64,000 bases of DNA from an uncultured Flavobacteriales bacterium (GTDB lineage Bacteria; Bacteroidota; Bacteroidia; Flavobacteriales; TMED113). Shown piece after piece: positions 44,223 through 53,154 of this stretch. The notes beneath the pieces were generated by a model, which saw nothing but the letters and a program-made list of their open reading frames with translations, ran no database searches and had not been told where the DNA came from. The first letter of the stretch is position 1. Every line of letters begins with the position of its first letter. Both the position numbers and the translations under genes were made by a program. The stretch is from the NCBI GenBank assembly GCA_964435285.1, contig CAYSYA010000002.1, positions 38,900 through 102,899 on the forward strand, read 5' to 3'.

Positions 44223-45042
44223 AGTAAAAACCATGTCTGAATGGCAACAAGAAGGGAAAGAACCAGAGATCTTATTTTGGGTAGGTTCTGCTGGGAGCTT
44301 TGATGAAAGAGCAAAAAAAATTACCAGAGAATTTGTTAATATTTTAAATTTTTGTCGTATTGATTTTGGTGTATTGGGAACTGAAGAGTCAGCAAGTGGT
44401 GATGTAGCTAAACGTTCAGGAAATGAATTTCTATTTCAAATGCAAGCATTAATGAATATTCAAGTTTTAAATAGTTATAAAATTAATCGAATTGTAACAA
44501 CTTGTCCTCATGATTATAATACTATAAAAAATGAATATAAATCTTTAGGTGGTGTTTATGAAGTTTATCACCACACTGAATTTATTTCAGAATTAATTAA
44601 AAGTAATAAATTAAATCTCAATGAAATTTACAATGACGCAATAATTACTTATCATGATCCATGTTATTTGGGTAGAGGAAATAATATTTATAAATCTCCT
44701 CGAGAATTATTGCGAAATTCAGGAGCTAAAATTAGTGAAATGAAAAGATTTAAAAATAAATCTTTTTGTTGTGGTGCTGGTGGTGCTCAAATGTTTAAGG
44801 AACCTGAAAAAGGTAATCAAGATATAAATATTAATCGAACTAAAGAAGCTTTAGATACTCTAGGTTTTAATTTAAATAAATTAGACACTAATTTTAAAAA
44901 AAAGAGAAAAATTATTGCAACTGGTTGCCCATTTTGTAACACAATGTTAACAGATGGTATAAAAAATCAAAATAAAGAATCTGAAGTGGAAGTTTTAGAT
45001 ATTGTTGAAATTATTTCAAAAGCCAAAAAAGATTTTTTATGA
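44212..45042 (+). CDS. Cysteine-rich CCG-domain (Fe-S)-binding protein (HdrD/DsrK/GlpC C-terminal-like)
   Basis: There are two Cys-rich modules. The first is VTTCPHDYNT...HDPCYLGRG. The second is KSFCCGAGGAQM...ATGCPFCNTM. No TM segment is present. Confidence 0.75.
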   Translation: MEIKVKTMSEWQQEGKEPEILFWVGSAGSFDERAKKITREFVNILNFCRIDFGVLGTEESASGDVAKRSGNEFLFQMQALMNIQVLNSYKINRIVTTCPHDYNTIKNEYKSLGGVYEVYHHTEFISELIKSNKLNLNEIYNDAIITYHDPCYLGRGNNIYKSPRELLRNSGAKISEMKRFKNKSFCCGAGGAQMFKEPEKGNQDININRTKEALDTLGFNLNKLDTNFKKKRKIIATGCPFCNTMLTDGIKNQNKESEVEVLDIVEIISKAKKDFL

Positions 45043-45539
45043 AAGATTTCATTAGTGAAAAGATAAATTCTTATAATTCTAATTCTAGATTGTGGATCTT
45101 TCAATCTTTAATTTTATTAACAAATAATGAAAAAGAAATTATTTCTAATAAATTAAATAACTTTTTTGATAATTGGGATGCTCATGGAAAAAAATTAAAA
45201 AGTTCAAGTTTTTTTGTTTATTCTAATTTCTTAATTGTTTTAGTTGACTCAAGCAAAGTAAGTCCTACTGGTTGCGCAATTGATAAGCTTTTTAATAAAA
45301 TTAAAGACATAGGAATTAAAATAAATAAAAGTTTAATTAATAATAATTTTATTGCCTATAAATTAAATGATTCAGAATCGATATATTTTTTAAACTTATT
45401 TGATTTTAAAAAACACATAAAAGATAAATTAATATTAGATTGTGTTGTTTTTGATAATTCAATTTCGACTATTGAACAATTAAAAAATTCTTGGTTAATA
45501 AGTATTGAAGAATGGAGAAAAAAGTATATTAATAATTAA
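45039..45539 (+). CDS. Hypothetical protein (166 aa), last gene of the Fe-S/CCG operon
   Basis: The start overlaps the upstream stop (ATGA), and a hairpin terminator follows. It has no Walker motif and no TM segment, and I recognise no domain. Confidence 0.55.
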   Translation: MKDFISEKINSYNSNSRLWIFQSLILLTNNEKEIISNKLNNFFDNWDAHGKKLKSSSFFVYSNFLIVLVDSSKVSPTGCAIDKLFNKIKDIGIKINKSLINNNFIAYKLNDSESIYFLNLFDFKKHIKDKLILDCVVFDNSISTIEQLKNSWLISIEEWRKKYINN

Positions 45540-45541
45540 AT

Positions 45542-45578
45542 CAAAAAAAAAGGACTCATAATGAGTCCCTTTTTTTTG
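45542..45578. terminator. Bidirectional Rho-independent-type terminator between convergent operons
   Basis: The sequence is A9-GGACTC-ATAAT-GAGTCC-C-T8. A GC-containing 6-bp stem is flanked by an A-tract and a T-tract that could extend the pairing. It lies between the 45539 (+) and 45598 (-) gene ends. Confidence 0.75.
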
Positions 45579-45597
45579 ATCTCTTTAGTTTATTTCT

Positions 45598-46263
45598 CTA
45601 AAAGAATAAGCTAAAGTTTACACCAGCGATGAAACTAGAACCAGATAAGTCAACAGACTCATTACCAGTACTTACTCTTTCACCATCAACAATTAAGTCA
45701 AGTGCAACGTAAGGCTCTATAGCAATGTGTTCTCTCATTACAAGTGTGTAACCCATTCCAAAACCAACGTGAGTTGATTGAGATCTAGATTGCATAACTC
45801 CTTCTGTTTGTACTAATGATATATTACCACCAGCATCAACTTCGAAAGAACTCATAGTTCCCCATTCTTCAGATTGAGTTGTACTACTTGACATATTTAC
45901 TTCCATAAATAAGTTTCTAGCAGCATAGTATCTTCCGAATACACCGAATGTTCTAGAGTTATTTGTAAGAGTATATTCATCGTGAGCACCAATAATTTCA
46001 GTAGCACCAGTTACTGCATTAGGTACAGCAATACCATCATAAGATGGGAAGTACTGATCATCAGTGTTAAAATGAATCATTGCTCCTAAAGCTAAACCAT
46101 CTTGGATAAAGTATCCAATTTTTGGAGTGATAGCTAAATCAGTCCATGATGTTTCGCTTAATTGAGATCCCGCACCTAAAAGGATAGTACCTTTTTTAGT
46201 TTGTGCGTTAGTAGAGAATAACATAACAGTTACCGCTACAAAAGTTAAAATAATTCTTTTCAT
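45598..46263 (-). CDS. Small outer-membrane beta-barrel protein (porin/OmpA-barrel-like), probably highly expressed
   Basis: Signal peptide MKRIILTFVAVTVMLFSTNAQ, alternating beta-strand pattern, and a C-terminal ...GVNFSLFF. Its GC and codon choice look noticeably different from its neighbours by eye. It has its own upstream gap and a terminator. Confidence 0.7.
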   Translation of the reverse strand: MKRIILTFVAVTVMLFSTNAQTKKGTILLGAGSQLSETSWTDLAITPKIGYFIQDGLALGAMIHFNTDDQYFPSYDGIAVPNAVTGATEIIGAHDEYTLTNNSRTFGVFGRYYAARNLFMEVNMSSSTTQSEEWGTMSSFEVDAGGNISLVQTEGVMQSRSQSTHVGFGMGYTLVMREHIAIEPYVALDLIVDGERVSTGNESVDLSGSSFIAGVNFSLFF

Positions 46264-46320
46264 AATTAATATTAATTTAAATTAACAGACCAAAGCTAAT
46301 AAAAAAATCTTACCAAATAA

Positions 46321-46350
46321 GTTTTTTTTATTTTTTTTTATTTTTTTTTA
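46321..46350. repeat. Three phased T-tracts (T8-9 + A) with 10-bp period upstream of the omp gene
   Basis: Read directly: gTTTTTTTTA TTTTTTTTTA TTTTTTTTTA. The tracts lie 58-87 bp upstream of the omp start codon at 46263 (A-tracts on the coding strand). Confidence 0.9.
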
Positions 46351-46400
46351 GATGTGCTAACCATATAAATTGGATATTAAAACCTTCAAAAAAAATTACA

Positions 46401-47861
46401 TCAGAACCTTTTTTCATCAAATCTGTTAATAAAACCATCTAAAATACGTGATTCGTTATTAATTAAACTTTTAGGTGTATATATAGCTTGTGGTAATGAT
46501 AAGAATGAAATATTTTTTATTTCATTGTCTTCGAAATTGATTGAAATACTACTGCACAAAATATCATTTACTCCACTAATTCTTTCTTTCAAATCAGTCT
46601 CAAAGTACTTTAACTCAGTATTTCCTTGTAAAGTAATTTTGTGAAGATTACCCTCTTTAAAATTTCCAAATAATTTTTTTCCTTTTATTTGATCAAAATA
46701 ATCATCAATTTTTTTGGAAGTAATGAAGCTGTTATTAGGAATATAAATGCTATCTAGAGTTTCATTTTTTGTAAAAAGGAAAATAGTATCGCCACTTATT
46801 TGACTTTTTTTTGTCCAAAGTACAGGGTTTTCCATCAAACAAATAGTTTCTGCTTTGAAATTAAATATGGAATTTTTGCATTTTCCTTGAATTGAATCAC
46901 TTGTTATGTATGTTTTGTTGATTACATATAATAAAGAGTCATTATCATTTAGTTTCATTATCTCACCCTCAACTATTATTTCTGAACTATTTTCAGATTT
47001 AAATTTTATTTTTGGTTTACCTGTAAATTCAGAAGTTCCATTAAACTCATTAAATGTTTCACAAAATATTTGTATGTTATTCTCTTGTTCTATTTCAATA
47101 TTACCAAACAAACTTGTTTTTTTATCATTATTATAAAAAATACTATCACAGTTAATGACTCTTTGTTCAGTTTTAATAAATCCATTTCCCCACACACTTA
47201 AATTTTCTTCTTTTTTATCATAAACACCCAAGTTTCCCATAATAAACATATTATCAGAAGATATTTTGGATCTACTATTTAAGAATATAATTTCATTTTT
47301 ATTATCTATATCTAAATTATCTGATTCAATTATATACTTACTCGTTTTCATATTCACATTTTCACTAAATTGTCCAAATTCATCTTTTGTGTGAAATTTG
47401 CCTATTTTACTTATTATGGTATTATAATTGTCAGTTAGTTTTCCTCCATTGTTGTAATAAACTATTTTTTTATCAGGATTATAGCTTAAATAATCTGTTG
47501 TGATTTTATTTTTATTTTTAGTGAAAACAACTTTTTGAGAAAAATTAATTAAAGTATCATTTTTCAAAAATTCAATTTTTTTTGATTCAATTTTTGAACC
47601 TTTATTATCTAATATTATAGAACTCTTTACACTATTGACTTTAACGTATTTTCCATCTTTTGAAATATATATTGTATCACAGTATAATTTATGCTTCTTA
47701 AATTGAGCAATTACATCACCACAAAACATGTCAAATTCGGTATTATTTATTTTGATGTTTTGCAAAAAATTAGATTGAAGAATATTTATTTCTTTTTGGG
47801 AAAATGAATTGAAAAACAAAAGTATGAATACAAAAAAAATATCGTGTTTTTTTTTGAACAT
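46401..47861 (-). CDS. OstA/LptA-like periplasmic beta-jellyroll repeat protein
   Basis: Signal peptide, then repeated patterns resembling the OstA N-terminal fold (D.i.y......a.f.g.V.i........l.ad.). The function is tentative. Confidence 0.45.
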   Translation of the reverse strand: MFKKKHDIFFVFILLFFNSFSQKEINILQSNFLQNIKINNTEFDMFCGDVIAQFKKHKLYCDTIYISKDGKYVKVNSVKSSIILDNKGSKIESKKIEFLKNDTLINFSQKVVFTKNKNKITTDYLSYNPDKKIVYYNNGGKLTDNYNTIISKIGKFHTKDEFGQFSENVNMKTSKYIIESDNLDIDNKNEIIFLNSRSKISSDNMFIMGNLGVYDKKEENLSVWGNGFIKTEQRVINCDSIFYNNDKKTSLFGNIEIEQENNIQIFCETFNEFNGTSEFTGKPKIKFKSENSSEIIVEGEIMKLNDNDSLLYVINKTYITSDSIQGKCKNSIFNFKAETICLMENPVLWTKKSQISGDTIFLFTKNETLDSIYIPNNSFITSKKIDDYFDQIKGKKLFGNFKEGNLHKITLQGNTELKYFETDLKERISGVNDILCSSISINFEDNEIKNISFLSLPQAIYTPKSLINNESRILDGFINRFDEKRF

Positions 47862-47864
47862 TGT

Positions 47865-49145
47865 TTATCTGTATATGGTTTCCTTTCTATCTGGTCCAAC
47901 AGAGATAATTTTTATTGGAATATTAATTTCTTTTTCTAAGTATTTTATATAATTTTTTAAATTAAATGGAAGATTTTCGAATCTGGAAATTTTTGTTATA
48001 TCTTTTTTCCAGCCTTTAAATTCTTTGTAAATTGGTTTTATTCCTTTTGGGTCCAAATCATAAGGGAGGTGATTAATTTTTTCTCCAAAGTAATCATAAT
48101 GGGTACAAACCTTTATTTTTTCTAAATTAGATAACACATCAATTTTTGTAATAACTAGTTCAGTAATTCCATTAATCATAGTTGCATATTTTAAAGCTGG
48201 AAGATCTAACCAGCCACACCTTCTTGACCTTCCAGTTGTGGAGCCAAATTCATGACCAATTTTTTGTATTTCTTTTCCTATATTATCATGTAATTCAGTT
48301 GTGAAAGGTCCTGACCCAACTCTGGTGCAATAAGCTTTGAAAATGCCTATAACTTTTTTTATTTTGTTAGGAGGAATCCCTAATCCTGTACATGCTCCTG
48401 CAGCAACTGTATTTGAAGATGTTACATATGGGTAGCTTCCGTAATCAATGTCTAATAATGTTCCTTGAGCTCCTTCTGCAAGAATCCTTTTTATTTCTTT
48501 ATTATTGACGAAATATTCACCATCAACTATGTTTAATTTTTTTAATTCTTTAGCGCATTTTAACCAAATTTTTTCATCTTCTAATTGGTTAGGGGCCTTA
48601 TAATTATAAAGTTTTAACAAAATTTCGTTGTGTTTTTTTGTCAATGTCTTAAATTTTTTAATAAAGTTTTTAGATTCAATATCACCTACTCTTAATCCAT
48701 TTCTGCCAGTTTTATCCATATAGGTAGGGCCGATTCCTTTGAGGGTTGATCCAACTTTTTTCTTTCCTTTAGCAAGTTCAGATGCTGCATCTAAATATCT
48801 GTGAGTAGGTAAAATTAAATGAGCTTTTCTTGAAATAAAAAGATTGTTTTTGTAGAGAATTTTATTTTTTTTTAATTTTTTAAGTTCATTAAAAAAAATA
48901 ATTGGATCAATAACAACACCATTTCCAATTAAATTTTTTGTTTTTTTTTGAAAAATTCCAGATGGAATTGTGTGTAAAACGTTAGTTAATCCATTAAATT
49001 TTATTGTATGTCCAGCATTAGGTCCACCTTGAAACCTCCCAATTAAATTATATTTTTTACCTAAATAATCAACAATCTTTCCCTTTCCTTCATCCCCCCA
49101 CTGTAATCCTAATAGTATATCTACTTTCATTTTATTTATTTTCAC
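47865..49145 (-). CDS. purA: Adenylosuccinate synthase
   Basis: LGLQWGDEGKGKIVD, GGPNAGHT and GSTTGRSRRCGWLD. The start may be the second Met (MKVDILLG, 49130) rather than 49145. Confidence 0.93.
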   Translation of the reverse strand: MKINKMKVDILLGLQWGDEGKGKIVDYLGKKYNLIGRFQGGPNAGHTIKFNGLTNVLHTIPSGIFQKKTKNLIGNGVVIDPIIFFNELKKLKKNKILYKNNLFISRKAHLILPTHRYLDAASELAKGKKKVGSTLKGIGPTYMDKTGRNGLRVGDIESKNFIKKFKTLTKKHNEILLKLYNYKAPNQLEDEKIWLKCAKELKKLNIVDGEYFVNNKEIKRILAEGAQGTLLDIDYGSYPYVTSSNTVAAGACTGLGIPPNKIKKVIGIFKAYCTRVGSGPFTTELHDNIGKEIQKIGHEFGSTTGRSRRCGWLDLPALKYATMINGITELVITKIDVLSNLEKIKVCTHYDYFGEKINHLPYDLDPKGIKPIYKEFKGWKKDITKISRFENLPFNLKNYIKYLEKEINIPIKIISVGPDRKETIYR

Positions 49146-49578
49146 AATTATTATTTAAGCAATGACCATAAAAATTCAAAGAGTGTTTTGATATTTTAAA
49201 ATTTAAAATTTCTTCAGCAGATTTCATAATTTTTTGTAACCTTGGATCGCAGAATTCTTGAATTTTATTACAGTTAACACAAATTAAATGATTGTGTTGT
49301 TTTTTATTTAAAGTCTTTTCGTATAAAACTCTGCTATCAAATGAATGCTTGGTAATTAAGTCTAGTTTCTGAAACAGTTCTATTGCATTGTAAATAGTTG
49401 CTTTGCTTATTTTATTTTTTTTTGAAATTTTTTTAAATAGTTCTTCTATATCAAAATGCGTATTTAGTTTATATATCTCTTCTAATATAATATTTCTTTC
49501 TGGTGTTTTTCTGAGCTTTTGTTTTTCTAAATAGTTATTTAATATATCAATTGGACTTCTATTTTCTTTATTTATCAT
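49132..49578 (-). CDS. fur: Fur-family metalloregulator
   Basis: 148 aa with a winged-helix N-terminal region (ISKATIYNAIELF), and a C-terminal HNHLICVNCNKIQEF plus a second Cys pair ...GHCLNNNC. Confidence 0.8.
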   Translation of the reverse strand: MINKENRSPIDILNNYLEKQKLRKTPERNIILEEIYKLNTHFDIEELFKKISKKNKISKATIYNAIELFQKLDLITKHSFDSRVLYEKTLNKKQHNHLICVNCNKIQEFCDPRLQKIMKSAEEILNFKISKHSLNFYGHCLNNNCENK

Positions 49579-49618
49579 TTCTTGAAAAAATTACTTTAAC
49601 AATTTATTAACTATTTTT

Positions 49619-51832
49619 TTATGATTTTAATTTTCTTTCAACTTTTTTTACCCCATCAATTTTCTTTAACCTTTCAATTAATTTCTTAATGTGTATTTTA
49701 TTTTTTACCATAATATCCACTTTGCCAGAAAAATAACCATCTGTACTTTTGAAATTGATTGATTCCATTTCTACAGACATATCATTTGAAATTATTTTAG
49801 TTATCTGATTAACAATACCTGTGGAATCTATACCTTTAATTTCTATAATTGCAGAAAAATCTAAATCCTCAATATTAATCCAATGTGCCTCAATTGTCCT
49901 GTAGTTAAAATTTGTTTTTAATCTTATCGAATTAGGACAATTATATGAGTGTACTTTTATTCCATCTTCAATTGTGATAAATCCAAAGACATCGTCTCCA
50001 GGAATGGGATTGCAGCAAGAGGCAATTTTATATTCTAATTCATCTTTTCCATCTCCAAATCTTAATATTTTTTTATTTTTTTTAGCGACTTTGAGAAATT
50101 CTTTATTTTCCCCTTGATTTTTTCTTCTTGTTAACTTTGATCTAAGATATGTATACCAGCTTTCTCTACTTTCAATATATTTTTTTAAGTCTGGGTTATT
50201 AATATTACCTGTGCCAATTTTAAAGAATAATTCCTGACTATCTTGTAATTTAAAAAAAGCTTGAAGTTCATTGATTCTTTTTTCTGAAAAAGGAATTTTC
50301 AAGTGTTTTAATTTTCGTTTTAAAATTTCTTTACCTTCTTCAGCTATAATTTTTTTTCCTTCATTTAAAGAGCTTTTTATTTTATTTTTTGCTTTAGATG
50401 TAATTACAAAATCTAACCAACTTTCTTTTGGTCTTTGTTTTTCAGAAGATATAATTTCTATTTGATCGCCACTTTTTAATTTGTGGCTTATAGGAACTAA
50501 TTTTCCGTTAACTTTAGTACCTAAACATCTTTTTCCAAGATCGGTATGGATACTAAAAGCAAAATCTAGAGCTGTAGAATTTTTAGGAAGTGTTACAAGC
50601 TCTCCATTGGGGGTAAATACAAATATTTCTTTTGAATAAAGATTTAGTTTAAACTCATTTAAAAAATCTACGGCATTTTCTTCAGGACTCTCTAATAAGT
50701 CTCTAATATTATTTATCCATTTATTTAAATTATCAGGTTTTTTTGAGTTTTTATTATTTTTTTTATAAATCCAATGAGCAGCAAGTCCTTTTTCAGCAAT
50801 TTGGTCCATTCTTTCACTTCTTATTTGCACTTCAACCCAATGTCCATCCGGACCCATTACTGTGGTGTGTAGTGATTCATAACCATTAGTTTTTGGTGTT
50901 GAAATCCAGTCTCTCAATCTGTCTGGATTTGGTTTATAAAAATCTGTAACTATTGAGTATATTTTCCAACAGTCAGATTTTTCATCAGACTCTTTAGAAT
51001 TTGTTATAATTCTTATTGCAAATTTATCAAATACTTCCTCAAAATTAATTTCTTGTTTAGCCATTTTTTTTCTTATTGAAAAAATAGATTTTGGCCTTCC
51101 CTTAATTGATACTTTAAATCCTTCTTTTTTTACATTTAATTTTATTGGTTTTAAAAATTTTTTAATATAATTTTCTCTTTCAACTTTAGTTTCATTTAAT
51201 TTTTTTGATATTTCAAAATATTTTTCAGGTTCTGTATATTTTAATGATAAATCTTCAAGTTCAGTTTTGATTGAATATAATCCTAATCTATGAGCTAATG
51301 GAGCATATATGTAAAGAGTTTCAGAAGCAATTTTTTTTCTTTTACTATTTTTTAGAGAACCTAAGGTTCTCATGTTATCCAATCTGTCAGCTAATTTTAT
51401 TAAAATAACATTTACATCGTCTGATAATGTCAATAACATTTTTCTAAAATTTTCAGCTTGTATAGAGCTTGCGCTATCAATCACCTCAGATATTTTTGTT
51501 AGTCCATCAATTATATTTGATACTTTTTTCCCAAATTTTTTCTCAATTTCATTCAATTTTATTTCACTGTCTTCAACAACATCATGTAATAATGCGCATG
51601 TTATAGCTAATTTTCCTAGGCCAATTTCTTTTGCAACAATTTTAGCAACAGATAGAGGATGAAAAATATATGCTTCTCCTGATTTTCTTTTTACGTTTTT
51701 ATGGGCTGTATATGCTAAATCAAAAGCTTTTTTTATATCTTTTTTTTCTTCATTATTGATTTTTGTCCCCAAAGACCTGATAAGAGATTTATACTTAGTT
51801 AATATTTCTGTAGGGATTAATTTTTCAGACAT
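49619..51832 (-). CDS. Bifunctional RelA/SpoT-family (p)ppGpp synthetase/hydrolase
   Basis: HD hydrolase domain (YIFHPLSVA...LLHDVVEDS), a synthetase domain (GRPKSIFSIRKKM...YESLHTTV), a TGS domain (VFTPNGELVTLPKNSTALDFAFSIH) and a C-terminal ACT-like domain. Confidence 0.92.
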   Translation of the reverse strand: MSEKLIPTEILTKYKSLIRSLGTKINNEEKKDIKKAFDLAYTAHKNVKRKSGEAYIFHPLSVAKIVAKEIGLGKLAITCALLHDVVEDSEIKLNEIEKKFGKKVSNIIDGLTKISEVIDSASSIQAENFRKMLLTLSDDVNVILIKLADRLDNMRTLGSLKNSKRKKIASETLYIYAPLAHRLGLYSIKTELEDLSLKYTEPEKYFEISKKLNETKVERENYIKKFLKPIKLNVKKEGFKVSIKGRPKSIFSIRKKMAKQEINFEEVFDKFAIRIITNSKESDEKSDCWKIYSIVTDFYKPNPDRLRDWISTPKTNGYESLHTTVMGPDGHWVEVQIRSERMDQIAEKGLAAHWIYKKNNKNSKKPDNLNKWINNIRDLLESPEENAVDFLNEFKLNLYSKEIFVFTPNGELVTLPKNSTALDFAFSIHTDLGKRCLGTKVNGKLVPISHKLKSGDQIEIISSEKQRPKESWLDFVITSKAKNKIKSSLNEGKKIIAEEGKEILKRKLKHLKIPFSEKRINELQAFFKLQDSQELFFKIGTGNINNPDLKKYIESRESWYTYLRSKLTRRKNQGENKEFLKVAKKNKKILRFGDGKDELEYKIASCCNPIPGDDVFGFITIEDGIKVHSYNCPNSIRLKTNFNYRTIEAHWINIEDLDFSAIIEIKGIDSTGIVNQITKIISNDMSVEMESINFKSTDGYFSGKVDIMVKNKIHIKKLIERLKKIDGVKKVERKLKS

Positions 51833-51834
51833 TT

Positions 51835-53097
51835 TTATTTTACTATAGTATTTGATAATTCACCAAACCCAATCCGTAAATTTTCCTTTAACCCATATCC
51901 TCTCATAATGACAGTATCACCGTTTTCTAGAAATTTTCTTTTTTCTCCATTTTCTAAAGTAATACTTTTAGACCCTGCCCACGATAATTCAAGCATGGAG
52001 CCAAATTCATTTTTTTCTGGTCCAGAAATAGTTCCTGATGCAAGTAAATCTCCCGCTTTAATGTTGCAACCATTAACAGTATGATGGGCTAGCTGTTGAG
52101 CCATATTCCAGTACATATATTTGAAGTTTGATTTAGTTACTAGAGAGGGTTTTGATTTTTGAGATTTAATAAGTACCTCAAGATTTATGTCAAAGTTTTT
52201 TTTGCCTTCAAATTTTAAATATTTCTGAACTTCTGGAATTTGTTTTTCACCAGAAACTCTGAATGGTTCAAGAGCATCAAGTGTAACAATCCATGGTGAA
52301 ATGCTTGAATTAAAACTTTTCCCAAGGAATGGACCTAATGGTACATATTCCCATTTTTGAATGTCTCTAGCTGACCAGTCATTAAAAAGACATAATCCAA
52401 AAATATAGTCTTCTGCATTTTCGATTTTTATATTTTCTCCTAATTCATTTCCTTTTCCAGTAATAAATCCCATTTCTAATTCAAAATCTAATAATTTTGA
52501 ATCTGAAAATATTGGGTTACTTTCACCTTTTGGAAGAATTTGTCCTTTGGGTCTTTTTACATTTGTTCCTGAAATTACTATTGAAGAAGACCTTCCATGA
52601 TACCCCACCGGAATATGTAACCAATTAGGAAGTAGAGCATTTTCCGGATCTCTAAACATTTTTCCAACATTAGTAGCGTGGTCTTTACTGGAATAGAAGT
52701 CTGTATAATCTCCAATTTTCACTGGCATTACCATTTCAACATCTTTATTTTGAAATAATATACTTTTATCAATAAATTCTTTTTTTAATATCCTATTTTC
52801 AATATCAAATAAATCCCCAATTTTATTCCTTACAGACCTCCAAGAATCTTTTTTTTGTTCCAAAAAATTATTTAAATTTTTCCCCTGAAAAGTTTGATTT
52901 TTTAGAACAATATCATTAAAGTAGCCATATTTTTCTAAATTCTTAAGGCTAATCAAAGTATCGCCAATTATTGATCCTGTATGAAATTCATTATTTCTTG
53001 TTTTAAATACACCGAAAGGAATATTTTGAATGGGAAAATCACAATTTTTATCATATTTAATCCAGGATTTTCTTTTTATATTGTTTGCTGATATCAT
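51835..53097 (-). CDS. fahA: Fumarylacetoacetase
   Basis: 420 aa. The N-terminal domain (FPIQNIPFGVF) and the C-terminal FAH fold (DFELEMGF, GDLLASGTISG) are both present. Confidence 0.85.
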   Translation of the reverse strand: MISANNIKRKSWIKYDKNCDFPIQNIPFGVFKTRNNEFHTGSIIGDTLISLKNLEKYGYFNDIVLKNQTFQGKNLNNFLEQKKDSWRSVRNKIGDLFDIENRILKKEFIDKSILFQNKDVEMVMPVKIGDYTDFYSSKDHATNVGKMFRDPENALLPNWLHIPVGYHGRSSSIVISGTNVKRPKGQILPKGESNPIFSDSKLLDFELEMGFITGKGNELGENIKIENAEDYIFGLCLFNDWSARDIQKWEYVPLGPFLGKSFNSSISPWIVTLDALEPFRVSGEKQIPEVQKYLKFEGKKNFDINLEVLIKSQKSKPSLVTKSNFKYMYWNMAQQLAHHTVNGCNIKAGDLLASGTISGPEKNEFGSMLELSWAGSKSITLENGEKRKFLENGDTVIMRGYGLKENLRIGFGELSNTIVK

Positions 53098-53154
53098 AAG
53101 TTGATTTTTTGAAAATAAATAATATCTTTAAATATATAATTTAAAACATTTATT

